DNA of 64,000 nucleotides from Escherichia coli (GCF_030013205.1 NZ_CP122648.1), one strand, 5' to 3'; positions 11,722 through 21,159 are shown, counted from the first letter of the stretch. A program made the numbers and translations. Notes: generated by a model not told the origin, from the sequence alone.

Positions 11722-12297
11722 ATGACGCAATCAGAGATGCTGAAATTAATCGCCCGACATGGTTATAACGTTGGATTTGGCGCTAAGAAAAACTTTGCCA
11801 CCTATGATCTGATTTGTAAGGCATCCGGTTGGATTAGCTTTATTTCTCTTGCTGTCGGTGTGTTCGCCCTTTTTATTCCTGAGCTGGCCACAAACGTCAT
11901 TTCCGCGATATTAATTATATTTGGTGTTGCTACAATGTACATTCAGTTTTATGACTCGGAAAAGCAGAGTTATGAAAGTGCGGGGATTGAGCAGACCAAA
12001 ATTTTTAATGAACTTGAAGTCATCTACCGCAACGTAAAAAGCGATGCAAACTTTGACTATCAGCGTACACAACAATCCATCGACGCTATCATGTCCCGGT
12101 TTTACGGCACGGTCATCAGCAAACAGATCTTCGGAAGTAACTGGTACGCACATTATAAATTTTACTGTGAATTTGAAAAAGCATGGGTTGAAGAAGAGCT
12201 GAACCTGACACTGAAGGACAAAATCCCGCTTTCGCTCTGCTTTCTCGCCGGTCTGGCGATCATTTTTACTATAGCTGTCATCTGGAAAACGCCCTGA
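11722..12297 (+). CDS. small multi-TM membrane protein (SLATT-like predicted effector)
   Basis: 191 aa, starts 8 nt after the nucleotidyltransferase stop with SD gagg; two adjacent N-proximal hydrophobic helices and one C-terminal helix. Confidence 0.55.
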   Translation: MTQSEMLKLIARHGYNVGFGAKKNFATYDLICKASGWISFISLAVGVFALFIPELATNVISAILIIFGVATMYIQFYDSEKQSYESAGIEQTKIFNELEVIYRNVKSDANFDYQRTQQSIDAIMSRFYGTVISKQIFGSNWYAHYKFYCEFEKAWVEEELNLTLKDKIPLSLCFLAGLAIIFTIAVIWKTP

Positions 12298-12848
12298 TGC
12301 TGCAGCCAATGAAAAATTCAGCAAGCTGACTGTCAAATATGCGATGTATAGCCGGTATCACCATCCAGTGTACGTTCTATAAGGGGGGCGCTTGGAAAAC
12401 GGGTAGAGTCAAGATGTGGCGCGGTAATTTTACAGGTCAGGCATATCTGTTGCCGCCTCTTTCGATTGGCGGTGCCTTACTGTCCTGACCATAAATCCTG
12501 TTTCCACACCCCGCTCATCGAAGCGGACATGCGCTTCTAACACATCCGGCTCTCGGACAGAATCATGCCTTCGCCCACGGAAACCTCTGCGGGAGCTTCG
12601 GTGCATATTTTCATGGAAGGGGATCACCCAATAACTTCCATCGAGATCGGGTCATAACGGCCAATCCGTGATCGAATAGAGCGGAATACGCACTCTGACG
12701 AACTGCTTACATTTAAACTAATTACAAACTATATAAATCCGCCTTGCTCATTCACAGGGTAGATATATTCTTACTTTTAATTTTATGTGTAATTAACTGA
12801 TGACGAAAAATGAATTGAACTGTAAATGCATATCTAAGTTTTTCATTC

Positions 12849-13574
12849 TTATGATGTACATAATACCTTAAAATTATCAACTAGCTGAGCATTAACCTCC
12901 ATCTGACTAATCCCCCATAATGCGGCTAACTGTTTCTCTGCAATCCCACTATCCCATGGCATTAGTGGGTCATTACGAAACTTAGCAAATGGCCCATCTG
13001 TTTCTGTAAGAATGCGTGATTTGGGTATTTTCAAAACTAAGGCCTTACCCTTTATTGTATCGAGCATAGCAGGCCCCACTGAGAACCAGCATCCTAAATC
13101 AATTGCCCTTTCAAGCTGCTTAGGTGTTCCAGTGAACCAATGCAATATTGCCACCCCATCGATATTTTCAATCTCATCAAGCACCGCTGATGCACTTCCC
13201 CGACTATGGATAGTCATAATCTTGCCACCAGCCCGATTTACACTGTTGAGAATGTGTCGGAACACTTTCAATTGAATATCCCAATGTTCTTTAAATCCCT
13301 GTCCACCATCAAGCCCTATTTCCCCTACATACTTAGTTTCCGAAAGCAATGAATCAAACAGGTCTAACTCATGCGATCTTTGATGCGCGATTTGAGGATG
13401 TAGCCCAAGAGCAGTTCGGATTCGTTGACTTTCTTTAGCCAATAAAGAAGTACCATGCCATGCTTTAGGTGTTGTTGTCACCGACAGAATATAAGTCCCT
13501 CGACGTTTACTTTCTTCAGCCACGAGGTCTGGCCGAGGATATAAGTCTAGATGACAGTGCATATCGATGCTCAT
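12849..13574 (-). CDS. qatD: TatD-family metal-dependent DNase (QatD)
   Basis: 241 aa; N-terminal HxH metal motif (MSIDMHCHLDLYP); start ATG overlaps qatC stop (ATGA). Confidence 0.8.
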   Translation of the reverse strand: MSIDMHCHLDLYPRPDLVAEESKRRGTYILSVTTTPKAWHGTSLLAKESQRIRTALGLHPQIAHQRSHELDLFDSLLSETKYVGEIGLDGGQGFKEHWDIQLKVFRHILNSVNRAGGKIMTIHSRGSASAVLDEIENIDGVAILHWFTGTPKQLERAIDLGCWFSVGPAMLDTIKGKALVLKIPKSRILTETDGPFAKFRNDPLMPWDSGIAEKQLAALWGISQMEVNAQLVDNFKVLCTS

Positions 13575-14890
13575 ACTATGTTCTCACTCAGTAAATAGCT
13601 TTCAACCTCATCCAGGCCATCCTTAAATACTTGCTTGAAATTATCAAATTCTGCCGTAGGCAAAGGGCCACTTTTGGCAATCCATGTACCTATTTTCAAA
13701 GTCGATTTCTGCGTGATCGCAATCCTAAGGGCGATCAGGTCGTCCCTGCGATCTATTTCATTCATTACTTTAGCTAAGGACTGGAAAATATATTCAACAT
13801 CTCTACTAATTCCCCCTGCATGAAGTGATGCTCGTCGAATGATACACGGTATACATACCCCACATTGCTGCCCCATTCGTTTCCAATGACTGCAGGATAC
13901 TGTACTTTCCACAATTTTAGATAAGAGCTGCTTATTTGAACATTCGGAGATCATTTTTCCTTTTGTCTTAAACTGATATGGATTGATTATTTGACAAGAA
14001 ATACCGAGCGCATCAAAGATCTTTTGTATGCTCGTAATAAAATGTGGATGTGTTGTTCGTGTGCTCAGCGAACCTATCCGCCGTGGAGTAAGTGGTGCAT
14101 TTAATGAGATAAATCCATTTTCAGGTACGAACAAATCAATCTTTTCTTGTTGAGATATCTCTTGTACGGCACAAGCACCTACGGCCGCAAAGGCAAGAAA
14201 ATTGAGGCTACGAGTTCGCATCGTAATATCAGTCACGCCTTGATAAATGTGTGGGTCAGCATTAATCTCAAAGCGCGAAAATTGGCCACTTAATTTTTCA
14301 GCAATCTGATCTTGACGAGACTTATCCCCCTTATAAGCATGACTAACCAAAAGTGGAGCGCGCCCTGCAGCCAGAAGATCTATTGCACCAATAGCTGAAT
14401 CCAGACCTCCTGAAAATAGGCTGACACAGTCAAGCCCTTTTAGCTTAATCAGACGATGCCTTGAATGCTGGCTATAAGGCTCTGGCGGTGCATAACCATC
14501 GTCACAAAATTCGAAATCCCAGATGTCTCCACTAAGAAAATGCAAAGCACTCTCAAGTTCTTTCTTTAGACTAATCCATCTGGATGGTTCATGAAGGGGG
14601 AGTCGTAACGACAATTGGCGGGTCCAACCATCCTCGGAACTTTCACGCTGAACGAAAGTATCTGCTGCAGTTACTGCTAATGCAACACTCAGAAAATCCA
14701 TGACCTTAGCTGGAAGCTGTACTCCCAAACGTCTGATCCGATCAATCGCAGGATTCCCGATAACAGATATATCTCCGCGCCTCTGACCACTTAATCCATA
14801 TAGCTGAACAGGTAACACTTTCTCACTTGCTGGCGGCAAATGGTGATGTTTATGATGGAAAACTAATTGTGTCACTGGTATGCCTCCCAT
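13571..14890 (-). CDS. qatC: QueC-like PP-loop ATPase (QatC)
   Basis: 439 aa; PP-loop SGGLDS; C-terminal Cys cluster CSHW...CGVCIPC as in QueC. Confidence 0.8.
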   Translation of the reverse strand: MGGIPVTQLVFHHKHHHLPPASEKVLPVQLYGLSGQRRGDISVIGNPAIDRIRRLGVQLPAKVMDFLSVALAVTAADTFVQRESSEDGWTRQLSLRLPLHEPSRWISLKKELESALHFLSGDIWDFEFCDDGYAPPEPYSQHSRHRLIKLKGLDCVSLFSGGLDSAIGAIDLLAAGRAPLLVSHAYKGDKSRQDQIAEKLSGQFSRFEINADPHIYQGVTDITMRTRSLNFLAFAAVGACAVQEISQQEKIDLFVPENGFISLNAPLTPRRIGSLSTRTTHPHFITSIQKIFDALGISCQIINPYQFKTKGKMISECSNKQLLSKIVESTVSCSHWKRMGQQCGVCIPCIIRRASLHAGGISRDVEYIFQSLAKVMNEIDRRDDLIALRIAITQKSTLKIGTWIAKSGPLPTAEFDNFKQVFKDGLDEVESYLLSENIV

Positions 14891-15624
14891 TCTTGCCAGG
14901 CCTCAATAATGGCCTGACGTTCAATTTTTACCATTTGGTTTCGTGTGAACGATCTTATGTTACCGGCAAGTTTTGGTGCCATATGTTTATCAACAACAAC
15001 TTTAATCAATTCCCGGAGTTCAATTTCTGCATGAATTGCCTTTGAAGGTGTATCTGCTTTGTTCCATGCCCTATTAGAATCCATTACCATCTGAAGGAAA
15101 ATACTTTCCGCTAGATAACCAATCATTGTGTCAACAATCACACCATCAGTTATTTTTTGAGGATCGAAAATTTCTACGCCATCAAGAGCCTCCACTAAAG
15201 CATGGTTCATGGCCGCACAGATCTTTTCTGAGTCACCATCCTGTGATGTTAAAGCTTGAGCAATAGTTGATATTGCTATTTCGCATGGAAGGCCTGCCAA
15301 ACTGCCCAAATCGATGCTTGGTTCTCCGGGAGCCGAAGGCATTCCCACTAAAGCCCCAAATAATTCGGCCCCAGCTTGCGTGACACTCCCTAATCGCCGA
15401 GCAGCGTTACTGCTCCCTCCGGAGGCTTTTCGCGCGTAGTGCCCTATGGCTTTTCTGAAATCTGCTCGATTTCCATTTGATACCGCATTTCCCAACGATT
15501 CTCGAAATGGCGCAAACCTCCTTTCTTGCGGCGAGGGTAACGGTTGCTGTGGCTGATCATCAGCCCATGGTGGAACCAGCGGAGAGCCACCTCCTGGACC
15601 TTTACTTGATTGTGATGTTCCCAT
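14872..15624 (-). CDS. qatB: QatB (function unknown)
   Basis: 250 aa Gly/Pro-rich protein between the KAP ATPase and QueC-like genes; start overlaps qatA stop by 1 nt, 3' end overlaps qatC by 19 nt. Confidence 0.65.
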   Translation of the reverse strand: MGTSQSSKGPGGGSPLVPPWADDQPQQPLPSPQERRFAPFRESLGNAVSNGNRADFRKAIGHYARKASGGSSNAARRLGSVTQAGAELFGALVGMPSAPGEPSIDLGSLAGLPCEIAISTIAQALTSQDGDSEKICAAMNHALVEALDGVEIFDPQKITDGVIVDTMIGYLAESIFLQMVMDSNRAWNKADTPSKAIHAEIELRELIKVVVDKHMAPKLAGNIRSFTRNQMVKIERQAIIEAWQEWEAYQ

Positions 15625-17408
15625 TAAGCGTCCTTATTCCATTGTTCATCTTTTAATGCTGCAGTCATCCACGCTGGTCGTTTCATCCCCAACTGTAATT
15701 CCTGTAGATAACGAATTAATATGCTGGCTGCATCTGTTGAGTAGCGGGCCAACAGACATGCGCCGGAAAAGCCTCTGGGCTTACGATCCCAATCTGATAC
15801 CTGCCGTAACTGGTTAATTAAACCTTCCATTACAGGTATTTGCTCCTCACGAGGAAGTGCTTTCAAAAGGTTTTCTGCTGTAGGAGAACTAGTGTTTTTC
15901 AATTCAATTAGTGCATTTAGTACTTCCCGTCCAGATGGCGATAAACCAACCACATATGCACCTATTGGCATAGTTTCTCGGGACAGATATATGGCGGCCC
16001 TTAAGTCAATCCCACCAAGACGAGGTTCAAGTTGGGCCCATTGACTGATGAAAGATTTAGTCGTTGGACTATCAGTCCATGTCTTTGGTGCATCAGTAGG
16101 TATTTGACCGCCATTATCGTCAAGCTGTTTAAGTATCTGGGGAACACCTTGTTCAATATCCACGAGATGATATAAATCAGCGGTGCCATCCACTCCAACA
16201 CAGCGTTCAAAAATTACTAGCTTAGTAATAATTGCTTCATCCAAAGGCATTGCTCGTCGCTTCGCAATTTGAGATCGCATTTTCACAACATTCAACAAGC
16301 GTTTAACGATCCTGGGATTACCATGAATAATTGGAGAGTTGGCTAAAATGGGAGCAATACGGTCAGCACGCGCAAACGCCAGCGCGAGGTTGCTATCATC
16401 CGCTTCACCAGTCATTTTTAAGGCCTCCTGACGTGAGATTGGTTCATCTTTCCAGGATTGCTGTAACGCCTTCTCTAAGCCCTCACGGAGCATAGTTATT
16501 TTTTCGCCTTCTAAGCCATGTTCAATGGCATAAAGCATGAACAGATACGAACGGATCTCACGGACCCCAGCCTTAGGCACCCGAATAGGAACCTGGATTA
16601 GCTTATCCAGATAATCTATTTGATGGCGCTGTGATGCCCCTTTGAAGTAATCAGCCACAGAAGAGCGAATCATGTCCTCATCTGCTGCAATAATAAAGGC
16701 TGTATTAGTCAAGAAAAGGAATAGCCTGATAGCTTCAAGTGTATGGATAGCATTGGCAGGGAGACAGCGGTCTAGGTTATCTATTACCACAATGAGTGGC
16801 TTTCCAAGTTCTTCTAGAATTTCCCCATATTCCTTACGAAAGGCATCAATCTGCTGAGGGGGGCTTTTTTTTGTTTGTGGTTTAATCAAACCACAAGCAG
16901 TTTCTTTACCTTCTTTAGCTATATTGCCTAAAGCCTCATACTCTTCCTGACTCTGGATGCCATCGGTGATATTTCTTAATGCACCAATCCCCCTAGAAAG
17001 CAAACCGCCAGTAGGTAATCCTGCCATTAAAGCTGTACCCTCAGCTAGTAATCCCATAGCTCTAAAACCATCAACTCGACTAAGGAGTCTCTTAGTTTTT
17101 GATATAAGGGTAGAATTACCTTCAGCAGCTTTTGTCAATTCTGTAGCGATGACTTCAAGAAGTGCGGCACGGGCGTCGTCGTACCCCTGATAGAGCCAAG
17201 AGTCAAAATTGATAACAATCCAATCTTTGTCGTCTTGCTCAAGTTTTTGCTCTATCAGTTTTAACAGAGAGGATTTACCTGCCCCCCAGTTTCCAAAAAT
17301 TCCGATAGATACTGGTAACATATCTTTCGTGGTAAGTACATCCACGGCTAACTGAGATACTTCACCAAAATTTAGGTAGTCTTCTGATGACTCTTTGTCT
17401 GACCACAT
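15624..17408 (-). CDS. qatA: KAP-family P-loop NTPase (QatA)
   Basis: 594 aa; Walker A GNWGAGKSS near N-terminus. Confidence 0.8.
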   Translation of the reverse strand: MWSDKESSEDYLNFGEVSQLAVDVLTTKDMLPVSIGIFGNWGAGKSSLLKLIEQKLEQDDKDWIVINFDSWLYQGYDDARAALLEVIATELTKAAEGNSTLISKTKRLLSRVDGFRAMGLLAEGTALMAGLPTGGLLSRGIGALRNITDGIQSQEEYEALGNIAKEGKETACGLIKPQTKKSPPQQIDAFRKEYGEILEELGKPLIVVIDNLDRCLPANAIHTLEAIRLFLFLTNTAFIIAADEDMIRSSVADYFKGASQRHQIDYLDKLIQVPIRVPKAGVREIRSYLFMLYAIEHGLEGEKITMLREGLEKALQQSWKDEPISRQEALKMTGEADDSNLALAFARADRIAPILANSPIIHGNPRIVKRLLNVVKMRSQIAKRRAMPLDEAIITKLVIFERCVGVDGTADLYHLVDIEQGVPQILKQLDDNGGQIPTDAPKTWTDSPTTKSFISQWAQLEPRLGGIDLRAAIYLSRETMPIGAYVVGLSPSGREVLNALIELKNTSSPTAENLLKALPREEQIPVMEGLINQLRQVSDWDRKPRGFSGACLLARYSTDAASILIRYLQELQLGMKRPAWMTAALKDEQWNKDA

Positions 17409-17539
17409 TTTTATATCCTTTACATCACCAATTTTTACGTCATTGAGTAAACTACAGGTTTGATAAAACCAACTCTGTTCAGGTGGGCAAATTCAGTGTA
17501 CCACTTCATCAATAATCCAATATGATGACTGCTATAGAT

Positions 17540-18742
17540 CTATTTTTTAAAGAATGAAATAAGCTTTCTTATCCCAGTCCATATTTTCCTATCAGAATCC
17601 GAAGGGTTAAATTCGCTCTTGTCAAAATCAGCAACCTCAGCAACCTCAGCAACCTCAGCAACCTCAGCAACCTCAGCAACCTCAGCAACCTCAGCAACCT
17701 CAGCAACCTCAGCAACCTCAGCAACCTCAGCAACCTCAGCAACCTCAGCAACCTCAGCAAGGTTTATTCTATTTTGATGAGCTGTCAAATGTTCTTTGTT
17801 AATTTCATCTCTAATTAGCTGTTCTTTTTCTATGCTGTAGTTTTTGTCATTATAAGTCACATCAAAATCATCTAAGAAAACGATATAAATCAATTTAAAA
17901 AAACTAGTCTTAAATAAAAAACTATCGCACTCATCAGGAAAACCAAAAAAGAAAACATTAAGATATTTGGTTGCTTTGCGCTTGTCTTTTAGTCCATTAT
18001 AATACTTATTTGCTTCTGCTCTTTGTTTTTCATACTCACTACAGAAAAAACTCTTTTTACTTTCATCCCATTCTGAAGCATCAATTTCAAGTTTATATGC
18101 TTGTTTGGTACCTTTCTTTCTGGCTAAAAAAGTAAGGTAATATCTATTCGAATTTATCTCCAGCCGTATATTAGATTGAATTTTACCAAAATAAATTGCT
18201 GGCTTATTATATCTAATTCCTTCTTTATAGATGATTAGTTGAAAAGTATCTTTATAAGTTCTAACTCCATAAGGGGGAATTGATAATGGTTCATAGAGAT
18301 TATCTCCATTAATGTAGTAGTCTACTACCGGTTTGATGCTTGAAGATGACACAGGGTGTACTTTACCTCCCAAATCTTTTTCATCATCTCGCGTCTGTTT
18401 GATAATTCTTCTGCCAGAAGAGTCGTAATTTCTTTCAGACACATCAAGTTTCAGAAGAGATATAGCTAATGCCGGTGGTGAATTATGCTTTTTATTATTC
18501 TTTGAGTTACACTTATTTTTACTCTTAGGATCATGAATCTTACATCCCGGCCTATGAGTCTCTTTATATCGAAAGTATGATTGATTTAAATTTATTTCTT
18601 TGAAGCTACATGGAGTAGCGGGTATCCTACATTTGTCATACGGGCATTCAAAAGTGGTTGTTCGTATATAAAGATCATCCATTTCCCGAAGATCATGACC
18701 ATGAACAATTTCACCACTAACAGAATCTCTTGCTATTGTCAC
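17540..18742 (-). CDS. hypothetical protein with N-terminal Cys cluster and C-terminal (Ala-Glu-Val)n repeat
   Basis: 400 aa; GTG start preceded by perfect SD AAGGAG at 5-nt spacing; C33/C38/C45/C67 with flanking His; AT-rich; co-directional with qatA 131 bp downstream. Confidence 0.6.
   Translation of the reverse strand: MTIARDSVSGEIVHGHDLREMDDLYIRTTTFECPYDKCRIPATPCSFKEINLNQSYFRYKETHRPGCKIHDPKSKNKCNSKNNKKHNSPPALAISLLKLDVSERNYDSSGRRIIKQTRDDEKDLGGKVHPVSSSSIKPVVDYYINGDNLYEPLSIPPYGVRTYKDTFQLIIYKEGIRYNKPAIYFGKIQSNIRLEINSNRYYLTFLARKKGTKQAYKLEIDASEWDESKKSFFCSEYEKQRAEANKYYNGLKDKRKATKYLNVFFFGFPDECDSFLFKTSFFKLIYIVFLDDFDVTYNDKNYSIEKEQLIRDEINKEHLTAHQNRINLAEVAEVAEVAEVAEVAEVAEVAEVAEVAEVAEVAEVAEVAEVADFDKSEFNPSDSDRKIWTGIRKLISFFKK
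17628..17760. repeat. perfect 9-bp tandem repeat (gcaacctca), about 14.8 copies, in-frame within the 400-aa CDS
   Basis: Direct reading of sequence; encodes the AEV repeat on the minus strand. Confidence 0.97.
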
Positions 18743-18980
18743 ACAATCTCCTTTGATAAAAATTAATAGATTCTAATTTCATACCAAGGCTAATTTAAAT
18801 AAAGGCTATTTAAGAGAAAAACAAGTCAGCCTGACAGACATATCCCCTCCCATGGCAATATGCCGCTATTTCGCGTTTTTTTTCACGCCATAATGCGTTT
18901 CAAGGTAGCGAATATCTTCGATTGCCCATGGTGTGCGCATTCTTTTGGGTTTATTTTCCATTACCATGTTTTATCAGCCA

Positions 18981-19190
18981 TCATGGCAGCCTCTCCGGTT
19001 TGCCAGCGTGTTCCACCTGATAACGATTAATCAGCTGATTCAGTGCCATTTCAGCCTGTTTTTGCTGCTGTTCACTGCCATTCTGGTTACGGGCTTCATC
19101 ATAGCGACGTAACTGCTCTTCCGCCGGGATATGCCGGTTAAAAGCCTGCATGATGCCAAACACCTCTGTTTTCAGTTCACTGACCGTCAT
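18981..19190 (-). CDS. small hypothetical protein
   Basis: 69 aa from internal ATG with SD gggga (track ORF 84 aa); Gln/Glu-rich helical sequence. Confidence 0.4.
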   Translation of the reverse strand: MTVSELKTEVFGIMQAFNRHIPAEEQLRRYDEARNQNGSEQQQKQAEMALNQLINRYQVEHAGKPERLP

Positions 19191-19950
19191 GTATTTTCCC
19201 CGCTGTTCATCCAGACGGTTCAGGCGCTCAGCCATCCGCGGCCTGAAGAGATAAAGGCGATAATAAAACAGACATCAGTGTCAGTGACAGCAAGGACGGA
19301 CAGCGCCGGAATAAGCTTTGTTCCTCAGCCCTCACGTTCCTGCAACATAATTTTCCAGCCAAACGAAAAACCTTTTATTCATGCCATACCAATAATCGCC
19401 AGCCTCCTGGCGATGCCTCCCACCATGTTTTGCAGTGGTACGCTACCGCCCTTCCGGTATTTACCCGCATCAACCGGTACCAGAATGCTGAGTAACAAAC
19501 CAGCTCAGAACTGACTGAATTTTGATCATTATAGAATAATGATCTGAACTGCAGCAATATAACAGATTTATCGATCGATATAACGCAAATGAACAGATCT
19601 TTATTCTGTCATATATCGCAAAAACAGCACATTACAAAATTTATAACCATAATTAATGGAAAAGTGCAGAAAATTATTCCACTGAATGCTTTTAATACAG
19701 TTAGTTAGCTAAAAAAATAGCAATTTTTGATTTCAGTCATTGAAAATTGCAATGCGTGACGATTCAACAGCATTTAAGTGAGTTTCAGGATATGGGAAGG
19801 ACATGAAAGGAGGAGCGCAATAAAATATACAGGAAGAAGGGGAAAATGTTTCGTAAAAACAGAAAATTAACAGCGCACATCAGGAAACTCAGTCTCCTGA
19901 TTCAGTGCTACCACATGAAAATTTAGTTAACTGTTACCGTACTAAAATTT

Positions 19951-20142
19951 ATGTCAGAAGATGTTCCATTACCGAAAGTCAATCAGCGATACAAAGACGA
20001 TCATGGTGCGCTTGTCACCGTGACCAGTGTTGAGGAAACCCGGGTGGTGTTTATGCGGGACGGCTATCCGCATCCCTGCATGCGACCGATGTACAACTTT
20101 CTGGGAAAATTCAAACCCGAACCCCGGGAAGAAACAGAATAA
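19951..20142 (+). CDS. small island protein (DUF4222-like)
   Basis: 63-aa ORF MSEDVPLPKVNQRYKDDHG...; family assignment from memory. Confidence 0.4.
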   Translation: MSEDVPLPKVNQRYKDDHGALVTVTSVEETRVVFMRDGYPHPCMRPMYNFLGKFKPEPREETE

Positions 20143-20194
20143 AACGAAATCCCTGCCGGCAATCACACTGCCTGATGGCAGCATAATCCACTTA

Positions 20195-20428
20195 TTAATT
20201 CTCATCCCCGGAGACAAGCCCAGAAAACCACTCCGGGTGTTCACTGTATGCCGTGTTCAGCGCATCCCAGGAAACGTTTATATAAAAGCTGTCCTGCAAT
20301 TTCCGGGTAACCACCTCTGCCAGGCGGTTCCGGTTATCCGCCAGTCCGGCATAACCTCTCTCTGTCAGCCACTCATTCAGTTCATGTTTCAGAGACAGAT
20401 TAATAATCTCATAATCGGACCTTGCCAT
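20195..20428 (-). CDS. small hypothetical protein
   Basis: 77 aa from ATG 20428 with SD aagga upstream. Confidence 0.4.
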   Translation of the reverse strand: MARSDYEIINLSLKHELNEWLTERGYAGLADNRNRLAEVVTRKLQDSFYINVSWDALNTAYSEHPEWFSGLVSGDEN

Positions 20429-20523
20429 TCCCGTTTCCTTAGCACATATTTTCAGGCACGGGGATAAAGTATAAAGAATGTCGTACTGCTGCTGCCAGAG
20501 CAATATTCCCCCTGATGGTTGTA

Positions 20524-21159
20524 TCAGAGATGGTATGCCGGTACTTTGCGGGTTGTTCCTGTCAGGTTATCGTGCACCTCCACGGTCGTGGTCACCACCG
20601 GCATTCCGGCCTTTCTCAGCCTCAGAACATCAGCCGCAATACGCTGACTGCCAAACCAGAACAGGCCGTCCAGTGCAGTCACCAGTAAACCCGCCTCCAG
20701 TGCATACTTCAGCCGTTCACGGGGCGCTTTCACTTCCCGGGCAACCTGCTGATATGGCAATGATGTGTTTTCATTCCCAACCACGCGACGAATACGGTGA
20801 GACAGATGATACCGGAATGTATCCGGCACACCAGAAAGGCTGGCCTTCAGGCTGTACACGCAACCAAACCGTTTATCGTTAAACACCACATTTTTCTGGC
20901 TGATGCCCCATTCTTCACGCAGCGCGGCAATCAGTTGTGGTGTCCGGGTAAGCAGCAAGCGAAAAGGCAGTTCAAAACTGGTGACGTAATCCACATTCAG
21001 CAGTGCAATACGCAGCCGTTCTTCTGGCCCGGCCTCTGTCTGCCGGCACTCCTCCAGAACATCCTGCCACTGCTGGCGAAGACGGGGCGATTCGCTCCGT
21101 TCTGTAAAACAGTATTTATCCGCCAGATAGTCAATTTGTGTACGCATACTGAAGAGCAT
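20524..21159 (-). CDS. hypothetical island protein
   Basis: Long ORF (219 aa from a TTG); first ATG at 21159; start uncertain. Confidence 0.4.
   Translation of the reverse strand: MLFSMRTQIDYLADKYCFTERSESPRLRQQWQDVLEECRQTEAGPEERLRIALLNVDYVTSFELPFRLLLTRTPQLIAALREEWGISQKNVVFNDKRFGCVYSLKASLSGVPDTFRYHLSHRIRRVVGNENTSLPYQQVAREVKAPRERLKYALEAGLLVTALDGLFWFGSQRIAADVLRLRKAGMPVVTTTVEVHDNLTGTTRKVPAYHL

Noticed and set aside
12430-12627. 65-aa ORF in the GC-rich spacer
   Set aside because: No ribosome-binding site, Arg-rich low-complexity translation, and it overlaps the repeat/hairpin region; treated as non-coding.
17569-17760. 63-aa ORF in the track reading the tandem repeat as poly(LLR)
   Set aside because: Alternate-frame artefact of the 9-bp repeat inside the 400-aa CDS; no start context.
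17628-17760. Possible CRISPR array
   Set aside because: Units are 9 bp with no spacers; this is an in-frame coding tandem repeat, not a repeat-spacer array. No CRISPR array was seen anywhere in the window.
18865-18965. Short ORF (about 32 aa, MVMENKPKRMRTPWAIEDIRYLETHYG...) on the minus strand upstream of the 400-aa gene
   Set aside because: Too short and lacking a ribosome-binding site; possibly the truncated N-terminus of a lost gene, but cannot be supported.
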